DNA of 64,000 bases from Escherichia phage PC3. This document shows positions 55,036-64,000 of this stretch, piece after piece. The stretch lies in the sequence record ON184125; one strand, written 5' to 3'. The notes under the pieces were generated by a model, which saw nothing but the letters and a program-made list of their open reading frames with translations, searched no databases and was not told the origin of the DNA. Within the stretch, counting starts at the first letter, position 1. Every line of letters begins with the position of its first letter. The position numbers and the translations under genes were made by a program.

Positions 55036-55346
55036 TGGTCGATTACTGGTTGTTGGCGAACTTCCTGACGTTCGCTTTGTTGTTAGTGGTTGTCTTGGTC
55101 TGGGTGAAGTCGTTCTTCACTCTGGTTCATGCGTATGTGTACCAGATCAACTTCTACACACTGTCCCCACATCGTGACACGAACGTTCGTGCCGATCAAC
55201 AGGCCGAGGCTATCCTCTCATATCAGTTCATCCACATGCGCGATAAAATGATCAAGCGTGTAGTGTTTTCTACAGTGATGTTGCTGGTTATCATTATGGT
55301 ACGTTTCGTACTGACAACTGTGGGGGTGTTCCATGCCGCTGTATGA
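55032..55346 (+). CDS. Membrane protein with two hydrophobic segments (possible holin or immunity-type protein)
   Basis: Hydrophobic stretches WLLANFLTFALLLVVVLVWV and VVFSTVMLLVIIMVRFVLTTV. Confidence 0.4.
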   Translation: MMVDYWLLANFLTFALLLVVVLVWVKSFFTLVHAYVYQINFYTLSPHRDTNVRADQQAEAILSYQFIHMRDKMIKRVVFSTVMLLVIIMVRFVLTTVGVFHAAV

Positions 55347-55578
55347 TTATCAATGCAAGGGCTGTGGTAACGCGATGACACTGCGTAAATCTATTGCAGA
55401 TCGCCATGAGCCTGAATCCAACCCCTGCACTGAGTGCGGAGGGGAGATTAAAATGATCGTGGGTGCTCCCAAGATTGTCTCTGGGGTGAAGGGACCACAA
55501 TCAGCTCCAGACGGCTTCAAGGACGTCTTGCGTACGATAAAGAAGGGTTCGGGTAAGGGGAACACAATCGATGTCTGA
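55333..55578 (+). CDS. FmdB-family zinc-ribbon protein
   Basis: MPLYDYQCKGCGN ... CTECGG paired CxxC beginning with the characteristic Y-x-Y-x-C. Confidence 0.5.
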   Translation: MPLYDYQCKGCGNAMTLRKSIADRHEPESNPCTECGGEIKMIVGAPKIVSGVKGPQSAPDGFKDVLRTIKKGSGKGNTIDV

Positions 55579-55816
55579 CGAAAAACAGCCAGCGCTTGTG
55601 ATGACACCAGAATTATTTTCTGAAATCGTCCTACTACGCGCCGCCCAAACCAAGGATAGTATCCTTGAGACTCTGGCAGCTGTCTGTGAAGAGAACGACA
55701 TAGACGAGACCAAAGTCAAAAAGATGATTACAGCACCATTGTTGTCACGACTGACAGCTGAGTGCTCCGATGCGCGCCTGATCAAAGACGCGCTAAAGTC
55801 CAAGAAATTAGTGTAG
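55571..55816 (+). CDS. Hypothetical protein (81 aa)
   Basis: ORF overlapping upstream gene by 8 nt. Confidence 0.4.
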   Translation: MSDEKQPALVMTPELFSEIVLLRAAQTKDSILETLAAVCEENDIDETKVKKMITAPLLSRLTAECSDARLIKDALKSKKLV

Positions 55817-55823
55817 GTCTATT

Positions 55824-56063
55824 ATGAGCAAAGAATCAATTTACAGCGCAATGAAAGCTGCCGAGTTTCTTCCTGGCGCAATGCGCTGGCGTGTGGGTAG
55901 TATGAACGAGAATGCCGACCAGACGGATCGTATTCGTTACGTTACCCCTGATGGTCGCTCATATGTCGTTGAGTATCACACGCACGACGAAGGCAAGAAG
56001 ACGTTTTCGGACGTGTTCGACATTATTGAAATTGACCCAGCAAATCAAGTGCTTAAAGGTTAA
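55824..56063 (+). CDS. Hypothetical protein (79 aa)
   Basis: ORF; weak SD. Confidence 0.4.
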   Translation: MSKESIYSAMKAAEFLPGAMRWRVGSMNENADQTDRIRYVTPDGRSYVVEYHTHDEGKKTFSDVFDIIEIDPANQVLKG

Positions 56064-56162
56064 TTCAATGTAAGATCGGGGTATAATTACCCCGCTTTGT
56101 AGAAAACTGAAAATACATGTAACAGAATAGCCCTGAGGGGCGGAAACATAGGAAATTAAGAA

Positions 56163-57179
56163 ATGGGTAATTTATTCGATCGTCTGAAAGCATCCCGTGG
56201 CCAGCAAACTGAAGCTATGCAGGCGCGTCTTGCACAGCAAGGCCAGAAGTCCGGTTTCCAGAAGGATCCTCGCATCTGGAAATGGACTTGGAACAAAGAT
56301 GGTATCTCCGAGAACATCATCCGCTTCCTGCCAGTCCCGCTGGTAGACCTCAAAGCACAGGAAGAAGGAACGATCGATAAAGATCAGATCCTCACCCCTT
56401 GTGCCATGATCATGAAGCATCAGTTCCAGGGACCTGGTGGTTGGTACATTGAGAACTCACCTCAGACGTTCGGCAACGACGATCCGGTGCGCGACCATGA
56501 CCGCCCGCTGTGGGCGCAGCAGAAAGAAACGAACGACGAAAAGCTGAAGGACATCCTGAAGAAACGTCTACCCGACACCAAATACTACGCTAACATTCTG
56601 GTGATCAAAGATGTCAACGTACCGGAAAACAACGGCAAGGTCTTCCTGCTGGAATTTGGTAACGCCATCAAGAAAATCCTGGATCAGGCGCAGAATCCTA
56701 AGTTCCCAACCGACCCTAAATTCGATCCGTTCGATCTGTGGGAAGGTGCCAACCTGAACCTGAAGCTCTTTGGCGAGCAGAAGAAGTTTGGGAACTGGGA
56801 AGGTCTGGTGGCAAACTTCAGTAAGGTGGTGTGGGAGAACCCTGCCCCGCTGAGTGATGACGAAGCATATATGGAAGACGTCTGGTCTCGCGAGCACAGC
56901 CTGTTTGAATTCTTCAATCCGGCTAACTTCAAAGACTACGACTCCCTGGAAAAGCGCCTGCGCAAAGTTCTGGCAATCCCTGATGACCAGCCTCTGGTTG
57001 AAGGTGGTGCAGCCACGATGGCTCATGCTCCTAGCACCCAGACTACACATCAGCCAACTGCTCAAGACAGCCTGAAACAGCAACAGGCCGCGCCGTCGCA
57101 GGCTCAGGCTCAGTCTCAACCAGATGCCAGAAACACGGCTTCCATTGACGACTTCGAGCGGTATCTCAAGTCTAACTGA
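56163..57179 (+). CDS. 32: Single-stranded DNA-binding protein (gp32-like)
   Basis: N-terminal region matches T4 gp32 (...IIRFLPVP vs VIRFLPSK); acidic/Gln-rich C-terminal tail; AGGA SD. Confidence 0.8.
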   Translation: MGNLFDRLKASRGQQTEAMQARLAQQGQKSGFQKDPRIWKWTWNKDGISENIIRFLPVPLVDLKAQEEGTIDKDQILTPCAMIMKHQFQGPGGWYIENSPQTFGNDDPVRDHDRPLWAQQKETNDEKLKDILKKRLPDTKYYANILVIKDVNVPENNGKVFLLEFGNAIKKILDQAQNPKFPTDPKFDPFDLWEGANLNLKLFGEQKKFGNWEGLVANFSKVVWENPAPLSDDEAYMEDVWSREHSLFEFFNPANFKDYDSLEKRLRKVLAIPDDQPLVEGGAATMAHAPSTQTTHQPTAQDSLKQQQAAPSQAQAQSQPDARNTASIDDFERYLKSN

Positions 57180-57184
57180 TCAAC

Positions 57185-57214
57185 AAGCCATCTTCGGATG
57201 GCTTTTTATTTTCC
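57185..57214 (+). terminator. Rho-independent terminator
   Basis: aagccatc-ttcg-gatggctt stem-loop followed by TTTATTTTCC. Confidence 0.8.
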
Positions 57215-58150
57215 CATCACGTCTTGCAATATTCCCAACAGGCTTGTCTTCTCCGCCGCCGTCAGGTTATCGTTACCCATGATGTCACGAGAGATACCTA
57301 CCGAGATGCGCTCGAAGTCCTGTATGCTTATCCCAGCCAGGTTGTTTACAAGTTGGTCAAGCTGTTTGTAAGCCAGGAGAGCCTCCCCTGTGAAGTTCCC
57401 TTCTTTCACCTTGCGATAAAGCTGTCCAGCTTTTGAGGCCGCAGTTTCCCAGTCACCACTGGTAAGAGCGTCAGCAATGCCGAGAGGAAGAAAATCGCTG
57501 GAAAGGCTGCGTGTTTCATATTCTGTCTCCGAAAGCACTTTGTTGTAAGAGAAAGAAATGTTGTACTGGTTGAACTGGTCTGTGGCGCCTTTATCCAGCT
57601 CAATAGAACTGAAATTTATTGGGTGAGCCTCGACGATGTAGACGCGGTGGACCACTTGATCTTCGGTGTCAAGCTGTTCAATGCATATGTCAGTCACGAA
57701 GTCTTCGTAATATCCCATTTTGGTGGTGTGTGGATCAAAGATCAGACTCTTCCACTTGTCCATCACAGACTTCTCATAATAGTCATTGGCTAATAAGAAT
57801 GACAAGTCGAGGTCGACGTTGGACTTGTTGTTCGGCATCTTGATGTGATTACCGTTGTTTGTCATTGGAGTAGTGTCGATACCAACCCCTGGCAATGAGG
57901 CAACCATACACATCATCTGAAGGGAACGGGACGTCTGGTTTGTCCCTCCAAAGAAAGCGTTTACAATACGGGCTGACTGCTTAAACAAGTCACCGAAAGA
58001 TGAATTGGTTCTGTACGCCTTTCCGTCATTAGCCAGAGTGGCATTGGAGTCAAAGATCCCTGGTGGTAGAGGGATGGTCACTCTGAAGCGGTTCTTGCGC
58101 GACAAGCCCCGCTGTAATATCTGTGTGATAAAATTGCGATAGTCTTCCAC
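57206..58150 (-). CDS. Hypothetical protein (314 aa), likely late/structural
   Basis: Minus ORF with GTG start after GGAG; TATAAATA box on minus strand about 40 nt upstream. Confidence 0.45.
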   Translation of the reverse strand: MEDYRNFITQILQRGLSRKNRFRVTIPLPPGIFDSNATLANDGKAYRTNSSFGDLFKQSARIVNAFFGGTNQTSRSLQMMCMVASLPGVGIDTTPMTNNGNHIKMPNNKSNVDLDLSFLLANDYYEKSVMDKWKSLIFDPHTTKMGYYEDFVTDICIEQLDTEDQVVHRVYIVEAHPINFSSIELDKGATDQFNQYNISFSYNKVLSETEYETRSLSSDFLPLGIADALTSGDWETAASKAGQLYRKVKEGNFTGEALLAYKQLDQLVNNLAGISIQDFERISVGISRDIMGNDNLTAAEKTSLLGILQDVMGK

Positions 58151-58189
58151 GGTGAGGACTCCACTTAAATAAAATAAAATAACTGTTAT

Positions 58190-58197
58190 TATTTATA
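58190..58197 (-). promoter_or_regulatory. T4-type late promoter-like box TATAAATA (minus strand)
   Basis: Exact TATAAATA on minus strand in the 58-bp divergent gap upstream of minus gene start at 58150. Confidence 0.4.
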
Positions 58198-58208
58198 GGA
58201 GTTGACAA

Positions 58209-58913
58209 ATGGCAAAGAATGCAGCTGGCGAAGAAGATCCGTTGCTGTTTCCGGCCGAGATGGACGCCCCCGAGCTGGTCAAGCGTTACATCCGCAAGTA
58301 CCGTCAACACTTCGGTCCAGAGGCGAAGCGTAACATCCGCCGTTCGCATGTGTGGTTCATGGAGCGTGTGTCTAAGGACGCCAACCTGAGTCCCAACCAT
58401 ATGAAACAGGCGTTTGCTGATCACAAACGTCCGGTACAAGGTGTGCGGTATATAGTCGGGCGTATGTTCTATTTCAAATATGATGCTCTGACGAAGAATG
58501 AACTACCCTACTGGGATATGTACCCTCTGGTGTTCTTCTTCAACTTTGTCAAGGGTGATGGTATCACCTTTGGAGAGAAGGGTGTGACATACCTCTGGGG
58601 GCTCAACATGCACTACCTGCCACCGAAGCTCAGGCTGTTGGTGTTTGAGGATCTGATCAAGTTGCGTAACGAACGGGCATACCGCTCAAAGACGCGTCTG
58701 AAGCTCACCTGGGAAGCCCTGAAGCGCTTCGCCAACCATCCGCTGTACAATCACTGTGTGAAGCTGTACCGCGCCGATCAGTTCCGTTCACAGCTTTACG
58801 AGATTGAGCCACAGTACTGGGAGATCGTTCTCTTCATGCGCACTGCCCGCTTCCAGAAACAGAGCCAGATGTCTGTGTGGAAAGATGCACGTCGTATGCA
58901 TAAGAAGAAATAG
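58209..58913 (+). CDS. Hypothetical protein (234 aa)
   Basis: ORF with AGGAG SD; possibly virion-associated, not assignable from sequence. Confidence 0.5.
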   Translation: MAKNAAGEEDPLLFPAEMDAPELVKRYIRKYRQHFGPEAKRNIRRSHVWFMERVSKDANLSPNHMKQAFADHKRPVQGVRYIVGRMFYFKYDALTKNELPYWDMYPLVFFFNFVKGDGITFGEKGVTYLWGLNMHYLPPKLRLLVFEDLIKLRNERAYRSKTRLKLTWEALKRFANHPLYNHCVKLYRADQFRSQLYEIEPQYWEIVLFMRTARFQKQSQMSVWKDARRMHKKK

Positions 58914-58975
58914 TTCTATAACCCGTTCCGAGGGATAATTCGTGAACAGGTAATCCTAAATGATGAGGCTATAAC

Positions 58976-59725
58976 ATGTCACAAATTTATCGTATGTTCG
59001 GGTTAGAGTTTACCCCAGCTCGCCTTGATATGAAACTCCCAAATTTTGAAAAGAGTGGATTCGAAGTCGGTTGTGTTCTGGGTTTCGATCGAAACGGCAG
59101 ATCCGTTCGTGAACAAAATATTTTCGATGTTCTGGGTGTGAAACCGGACAGTGAAACAGCAATCCGCTTCGAAGAGGACATCCGTTTTGGTCATTCCGAC
59201 CTGTACGATTATGTCCGTGATGTGATCGCTGGTTATGAACACGCTAAAGCACACATGAAGATGGCCACCGATGCATGCCTGAAACTGGCGCATTGTCTAT
59301 ACTTCTTTGGTCGCAAGCGTCAGAATCTCGATATGGTATTCCCATCAGAACTGCTTGAACGCTTCTCTGAAACCGAATTTCTGCTGAAGCAAGCCGACGG
59401 AGTTGCTGTCAAATCTAGTGAAGTATTCAAATACCCGATAAATCTGGTTTCTGGACATCTGCTGGTAGGGCGTGATCAGGTCGACCTGGCGATTCATCCG
59501 GATATGGAGTATGATCAGAACTCCTGTCGTGCCATCCACAACTACGTAGGTGTCATTCTAGAAAACTTGTACTCAGCCATGGAAGAAGTGATGGCAGCAG
59601 AACAACAGGAAGAAGTGATTCGTCGTATCCGCGAAGATATCGAAGGGAAGGTGAAACAGGATGTTCTAGGGGAATATCCACCAGAGTATTTCCCTGAAGT
59701 TCCAAACTTCTACTTGTCCAAATAA
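58976..59725 (+). CDS. Hypothetical protein (249 aa)
   Basis: ORF with GAGG SD. Confidence 0.5.
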   Translation: MSQIYRMFGLEFTPARLDMKLPNFEKSGFEVGCVLGFDRNGRSVREQNIFDVLGVKPDSETAIRFEEDIRFGHSDLYDYVRDVIAGYEHAKAHMKMATDACLKLAHCLYFFGRKRQNLDMVFPSELLERFSETEFLLKQADGVAVKSSEVFKYPINLVSGHLLVGRDQVDLAIHPDMEYDQNSCRAIHNYVGVILENLYSAMEEVMAAEQQEEVIRRIREDIEGKVKQDVLGEYPPEYFPEVPNFYLSK

Positions 59726-59745
59726 CTCCACTGTGAGAGGTGTGT

Positions 59746-60021
59746 ATGAAACGTTATCTGAAGCTGACGACTGTCCTTGAGTCGATCATAGAGTATTTCA
59801 TCATGCAACACCTCCGCGCCGACAACATGCATTTAGACGGTTGCCTGACGTATGACCACAAGATCATTGTCCATTCTGTTGAAGTGGTGGATGATGATCT
59901 GATGATTGCAAATGTAGAACACTGTCTGTTTGATGAGTCGGTTGATGCGTACTGCCAACCACGGTTCGCAAAAGTCGAGCTAACAAATTGTTGGCCGCCG
60001 GAAATGGTTTTTCTATATTGA
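59746..60021 (+). CDS. Hypothetical protein (91 aa)
   Basis: ORF 59740-60021 trimmed to ATG after GAGG. Confidence 0.4.
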   Translation: MKRYLKLTTVLESIIEYFIMQHLRADNMHLDGCLTYDHKIIVHSVEVVDDDLMIANVEHCLFDESVDAYCQPRFAKVELTNCWPPEMVFLY

Positions 60022-60210
60022 CGTAGAAAGTTAATATTCACGCAAGTTCGCGCTCCGCTTGGTCGCGCACCTTATAACACTAAGGTGTTAACTTTCTTTT
60101 CAATAAAAAGTAGTTTACATCTATGAAAATGCAGTATATTATGTTCTCACTACACAGTCAGAACAACAATATGCCGCGGATACGGTCTTAATAACGAAAG
60201 GGTTTTTATT

Positions 60211-61047
60211 ATGTCATATATTCTTCATGTGGAATCTGGAACCAAAATTGAAATTGAAGGCAAAGACGTTGCTGCTATTCAGGCTGAAATCAAAGAAGCA
60301 GGTCTGATCATCGGAAACGTTACCCTGCGCCGTATGGTTGAAGGTGTTCTTCAGGCTGCCAACGGCTTCGAACTGATTGAAGGTCTGAGCGCCGAAGAGA
60401 AGGAAGAAACCCAGCAGGCTCTGGCGCAAGCCCAAGAGCAAGCCCAAGCTGAAGTATCCCTGAAAGTCGCTGAAACCGTCGATGCTGAAGCACCGATCTC
60501 TGCCGATGCATGTGAAGTCCCAGTGTCCGACGCCCCGGTAGACGCGGTTGAAGATGCCGTCAACGCGGCGCTGGAAGAAGGCAATCAGCCGTCCGACGCG
60601 AAAATCGGTTCCTTGGCGTCTTCGATGCTGAAAGAAGCATCGAAGGGTAAGACCCTGACCCCGCAGGCAGCGCTGGTAGAGCGTAAACGCCGTCACACCA
60701 AACGTGAGGAAATGGTTGACTTGGCTCGCGCTTCTAATCACGGTCCGGTCTTGGCGGCGATTGAAGCTGGTGTTGTCCCCGGCGTGTTCCTGAGCTACGT
60801 GAACCCAGACATGCGTTGGTTCCAGTTCCCGGTCACCGAACTGGCTAACCCTGAAAACCTTCACGCTCGCACCAATACGTATGTCGACGTTGCGCCTATC
60901 GTTTCCGGTGGCTGGGGCTTCAGTCTGTACGTGAACGGCAAGTCCTTCACCAAACGTCAGAAGATCAAAGAGTCTGATGCTGAGTCTCTGGTTAAGGCGA
61001 TCAATGAATGGCTTCCACAGGCTCTGGCTGAAGCGAAAGCTGTGTAA
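60211..61047 (+). CDS. Hypothetical acidic protein (278 aa)
   Basis: Plus-strand ORF with host-like codon usage; the overlapping minus ORF 60214-60864 is low-complexity. Confidence 0.5.
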   Translation: MSYILHVESGTKIEIEGKDVAAIQAEIKEAGLIIGNVTLRRMVEGVLQAANGFELIEGLSAEEKEETQQALAQAQEQAQAEVSLKVAETVDAEAPISADACEVPVSDAPVDAVEDAVNAALEEGNQPSDAKIGSLASSMLKEASKGKTLTPQAALVERKRRHTKREEMVDLARASNHGPVLAAIEAGVVPGVFLSYVNPDMRWFQFPVTELANPENLHARTNTYVDVAPIVSGGWGFSLYVNGKSFTKRQKIKESDAESLVKAINEWLPQALAEAKAV

Positions 61048-61122
61048 ATTTAAGTTCAGAAACTGTTCAATAGATGAAGGGGTTGCTATAATAGCAGCTC
61101 CTTTTGTTTATCGGAGCAGTTT

Positions 61123-61782
61123 ATGTCCTACTCCCTGAAGGGGCTGATGAAGCGCCCCGTCCACACATTCTTTAAACCACCCGTCGTAAAGGGGATCTAC
61201 CCAGCACGAGGGCAAATCTACTACGTCAAAGGCTCCAATGGTAGCGGTAAATCCACTGTGCCGTCTCAGCTGGCGGAGAGGGATCCTCAGGCGTATGTCG
61301 TGACCCATAACGGCAAGGTAATGCTGACTGTCTGTCCTTCGTTCAACGTGGTCTGTATCGGTAAATATGACAAGTCGAAGTCCAAGGGGGTTGATTCCCT
61401 GAAGGACACTGAGCAGATGTTGTTCGCGTTGTCTATTGCTGACCAACCAGAATACTTGAAATATGATGTGATTTTCGAAGGTATCATTCCATCCACATTA
61501 TTGAGTTCTTGGATCCCCCGCCTGACACGCCCACCACGTGAATTGGTTGTGCTCTTTATGGACACTCCCCTTGAAACGTGTATCTCCCGCGTTAAATCAC
61601 GTAACGGCGGTGTGGACTTCAATGAAAGTCTGGTGGTCGAGAAGTGGGAGAGAGTTCATGACCATCGTCAACGACATAAAGACTTGTTCCCTACGGTAGC
61701 TGCGGGTATGATGAAGTCTCACGGCCTAACGGTAGACCAGGCTGTGATGGCATTCCTCTGTCGTGATTTTGGGAGTATCTGA
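61123..61782 (+). CDS. P-loop kinase (candidate DNA/nucleotide kinase of a pyrimidine-modification pathway)
   Basis: Walker A GSNGSGKST near N-terminus; 219 aa; immediately upstream of, and overlapping, the TS-family gene. Confidence 0.5.
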   Translation: MSYSLKGLMKRPVHTFFKPPVVKGIYPARGQIYYVKGSNGSGKSTVPSQLAERDPQAYVVTHNGKVMLTVCPSFNVVCIGKYDKSKSKGVDSLKDTEQMLFALSIADQPEYLKYDVIFEGIIPSTLLSSWIPRLTRPPRELVVLFMDTPLETCISRVKSRNGGVDFNESLVVEKWERVHDHRQRHKDLFPTVAAGMMKSHGLTVDQAVMAFLCRDFGSI

Positions 61783-62828
61783 TGGAAATCAAAGCAATTA
61801 ACAACAATGACATGCTGAAGCAGGCTGTCTTGGCTATCCGTGAATTCGGGATCGAATCTGATCCTGGTAATGCTGAAATAAATACTGATAGCACCCGCTT
61901 CCTTGATGGCGTGACCATAACCGTCGCCGACATCCGTGACCGCTGGCTATCCGTTGAAGGTCGTAACTCATCGGCTATCGCTGCCATCGGCGAGACCTTC
62001 TGGGTTCTGTCCGGGCGCGATGACGTTCGCTTCCTGTCCCGCGTATTACCTCGCGCTGCTAACTTTTCGGATGATGGGGTAACATGGCGAGCTGCTTATG
62101 GTCCGCGTCTGTACGCCCATGGCCAGCTGGATAGCGTTATCAACCGCCTGCGCAAGAACCCAAACACTCGCCAGGCGTACCTCACCATCTATGACCCGGC
62201 TCTAGATTCGGATGCTGGTCTGGCGAAGTTCAGCGAGAGCGGCGAAGCAAAGACTAAGGACATGGTGTGTAACCTGGCTCTGTTGTTCGCCATCGTTGAA
62301 GGTCGTCTGAACCTGACGGTCATCAACCGCTCACAGGATGTTCTGTGGGGGATGAGTTCAATCAACTTCATTGAGTTCTCTATTCTTCAGGAAGTGATTG
62401 CTCGGGTGCTGGACGTTGACGTCGGTCAGTACAAGCTATTCTCTAACAATCTTCATTACTACAACAATGAAGTCAGCCAGAAGCAGCTTGGCAAGATTAC
62501 CAAAGACACAAAAGTCACTGGTGGTTTCATCAACTCCATGATTCACTTCACGAACGTGACCAACCAGAACCATATCCGCAATCTGTTCACTGGTGTGCTT
62601 CATCACTGTGATATCGGCAGCCCGTGGGAAACTGTGGTCGCCCACCTGAAGGAATATGATGCTGATCGTGGCCTGATTGTACAGATGGCGTACTGTCTGC
62701 ACTGCAAACTGAACGAAAAGCTCATTAACCTGGACCTGATTCAGGATCATGGCTTGAACACCGCGCTCACCCATTCTCCGGTTGACCGCAAGATCGTTGA
62801 TCCTAAGTTCCTGGAAGGTGTAGTATGA
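61782..62828 (+). CDS. Thymidylate-synthase-family pyrimidine hydroxymethylase (dUMP or dCMP hydroxymethylase-like)
   Basis: TS-fold signatures: catalytic Cys in DMVCNLALLF and RSQDVLWG (cf. ThyA PCH.. and RS.DV); diverged from canonical ThyA. Confidence 0.65.
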   Translation: MEIKAINNNDMLKQAVLAIREFGIESDPGNAEINTDSTRFLDGVTITVADIRDRWLSVEGRNSSAIAAIGETFWVLSGRDDVRFLSRVLPRAANFSDDGVTWRAAYGPRLYAHGQLDSVINRLRKNPNTRQAYLTIYDPALDSDAGLAKFSESGEAKTKDMVCNLALLFAIVEGRLNLTVINRSQDVLWGMSSINFIEFSILQEVIARVLDVDVGQYKLFSNNLHYYNNEVSQKQLGKITKDTKVTGGFINSMIHFTNVTNQNHIRNLFTGVLHHCDIGSPWETVVAHLKEYDADRGLIVQMAYCLHCKLNEKLINLDLIQDHGLNTALTHSPVDRKIVDPKFLEGVV

Positions 62829-63394
62829 TGTACCCAAATCTTGAATTCTTTACGGGGCGCAAACGCTCCGGCAAGGACTTCTGTTTGGAGTCCCTGATCA
62901 GTTACCACCACTTACAGGGTGATATGGACATACAGCGCCTTTCTTTCTCTGATGAACTGCGCCGTGTAGCCAACTACATCTACCCATGGCTCCCAGCGGA
63001 GGTAGAGGATGCCGTGAAGGACGTTCCTTACGTGCACCCTGATAACCCCAAGGGCTTAACTCCACGGCAGATCTGGCTTCATCTAGGCAGCGATACGGGC
63101 TTGCGTTATGTACAGCCTGATCTGTTCCTGGCATTCTTCAAGCGCTTCCAGCTTCCTCTGGTAGAGCAGAACCCCCACGTCCATTATATCGTGAGCGATC
63201 TGCGTACCCCTCAGGAATATGAATGGGCGCTGAGTACGAAATGTCCTATCACCCGTATTTCAAAGGCCGACCGTGCTGGTATCATAGAGGACGATATAGA
63301 GGCTTTCATTGACCAAATGAAAGTGGACTACGAATTCCTCAATCCATTTGATGGTTGGGAACCGTTCGTTAAATTCTACGGAGAACGTAAATGA
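62825..63394 (+). CDS. Deoxynucleoside monophosphate kinase-like protein (T4 gp1-like)
   Basis: N-terminal FFTGRKRSGKD resembles T4 dNMP kinase LSGVKRSGKD. Confidence 0.6.
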   Translation: MMYPNLEFFTGRKRSGKDFCLESLISYHHLQGDMDIQRLSFSDELRRVANYIYPWLPAEVEDAVKDVPYVHPDNPKGLTPRQIWLHLGSDTGLRYVQPDLFLAFFKRFQLPLVEQNPHVHYIVSDLRTPQEYEWALSTKCPITRISKADRAGIIEDDIEAFIDQMKVDYEFLNPFDGWEPFVKFYGERK

Positions 63395-63945
63395 TCACAG
63401 CAGGGCATATCAAAAGCCTGCTCGAACTCCAAAAGGCCACCAACGTGGCCTACTTTGGGGAAGAGTGGAAGAATGTATGGAGTCAGAACGCAGTCATCAA
63501 CTCTATCTATCGTGAGTGGGCAGAGTTCCTTGATGAAACCACCCGTGACTGGAAGGTCTATGGCAACGACATCGGGTTTGACCATACGAACGCAGTTTAT
63601 GAACTGGTGGACGTGGTACACTTCATGTTGTGCTTCATCCTTGTGGACCGCACCAAAGGTGAGATCGAAGAAGAATTTGAAGTCCTTAGTAATCGCGAAT
63701 TCACCCCATCTGCTTTGGGTGTTGTAGGGCATCACAATGTTACGTACCGCCTTGGGCAATTCATGAACGATCCTTGCGTTGAGACTCTCATGTTCTTCCT
63801 GTCGTCTGCGTGTTCTTATATGGAGATCGACATTGAGACTTACATACTGGCACACAAACGCAAGAACGATCGCAATCGCCTGCGTGCTGCTGGTGGCGCG
63901 GATTACGATAAGTCTGCAGAAACCCCTCTGACCCTGGAGTTCTAA
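63391..63945 (+). CDS. MazG-like dNTP pyrophosphohydrolase (T4 gp56 dCTPase/dUTPase-like)
   Basis: YELVDVVHFMLCFILV matches gp56/MazG core FELVDIFHFVLNMFV; EWAEFLDET acidic helix. Confidence 0.6.
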   Translation: MITAGHIKSLLELQKATNVAYFGEEWKNVWSQNAVINSIYREWAEFLDETTRDWKVYGNDIGFDHTNAVYELVDVVHFMLCFILVDRTKGEIEEEFEVLSNREFTPSALGVVGHHNVTYRLGQFMNDPCVETLMFFLSSACSYMEIDIETYILAHKRKNDRNRLRAAGGADYDKSAETPLTLEF

Positions 63946-64000
63946 TGTTTACAGTCGTCGTTTCATATCATGCAGACAACGCGGCGAACGCATCCGCTAA

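Noticed and set aside
56568-57119. 183-aa minus-strand ORF opposite gene 32
   Set aside because: Antisense to gp32-like SSB gene
60000-60100. Possible tRNA or structured RNA (inverted repeat gaaagttaa ... ttaactttc)
   Set aside because: No recognisable tRNA T-loop or anticodon arm by eye; may be an ordinary stem-loop. Needs tRNAscan-SE/Infernal
60214-60864. 216-aa minus-strand ORF opposite ORF 60211
   Set aside because: Arg/Phe/Gln-rich low-complexity translation; plus strand has typical coding composition
1-64000. CRISPR arrays, rRNA, integrase/transposase or prophage boundaries
   Set aside because: No regularly spaced direct repeats, no rRNA-like sequence and no recombinase or transposase motifs in any ORF; content fits a virulent phage
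63946-64000. ORF starting MFTVVVSYHADNAANAS at the window edge
   Set aside because: Only 18 codons fall within the window; cannot be evaluated

Overview
This 64 kb window reads as a densely coded, mostly plus-strand stretch of a large virulent T4-superfamily-like myovirus genome (inferred from gene content; nothing was searched against databases). Recognisable genes, by my own comparison of the ORF translations with remembered T4 protein sequences and family motifs: a replication and recombination core (gp45 sliding clamp, gp44/gp62 clamp loader, RegA, gp32 SSB, gp61-like primase, UvsY-like and UvsW-like proteins, gp47/gp46 Mre11/Rad50-like nuclease, RNase H, a DinG-like Fe-S helicase, a RuvC-like resolvase), the late sigma factor gp55, nucleotide metabolism (NrdA, NrdB, glutaredoxin, PhoH, dNMP kinase-like protein, a thymidylate-synthase-family enzyme, a MazG-like pyrophosphatase, a P-loop kinase), an HU-like protein, an endolysin, and minus-strand baseplate genes (gp5-like hub with a CHAP domain, gp25-like). 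There are two free-standing homing-endonuclease-like genes and many small ORFs of unknown function. I saw no rRNA, tRNA, CRISPR array, integrase or transposase. The most interesting candidates are (1) a four-gene module at 61.1-63.9 kb that looks like a pyrimidine (probably 5-hydroxymethyl-dU based) DNA modification pathway, with uncharacterised large proteins at 13-21.6 kb as possible partners, (2) an ACP-like protein lacking the phosphopantetheine serine next to a 733-aa vWA protein, (3) hairpin cassettes that pair a late-promoter-like TAAATA box with the translation start of the endolysin and two other genes, and (4) recurring intergenic elements. CDS coordinates are derived from the supplied ORF track; coordinates of hairpins, promoters and repeats were counted by eye and may be off by 1-3 nt.
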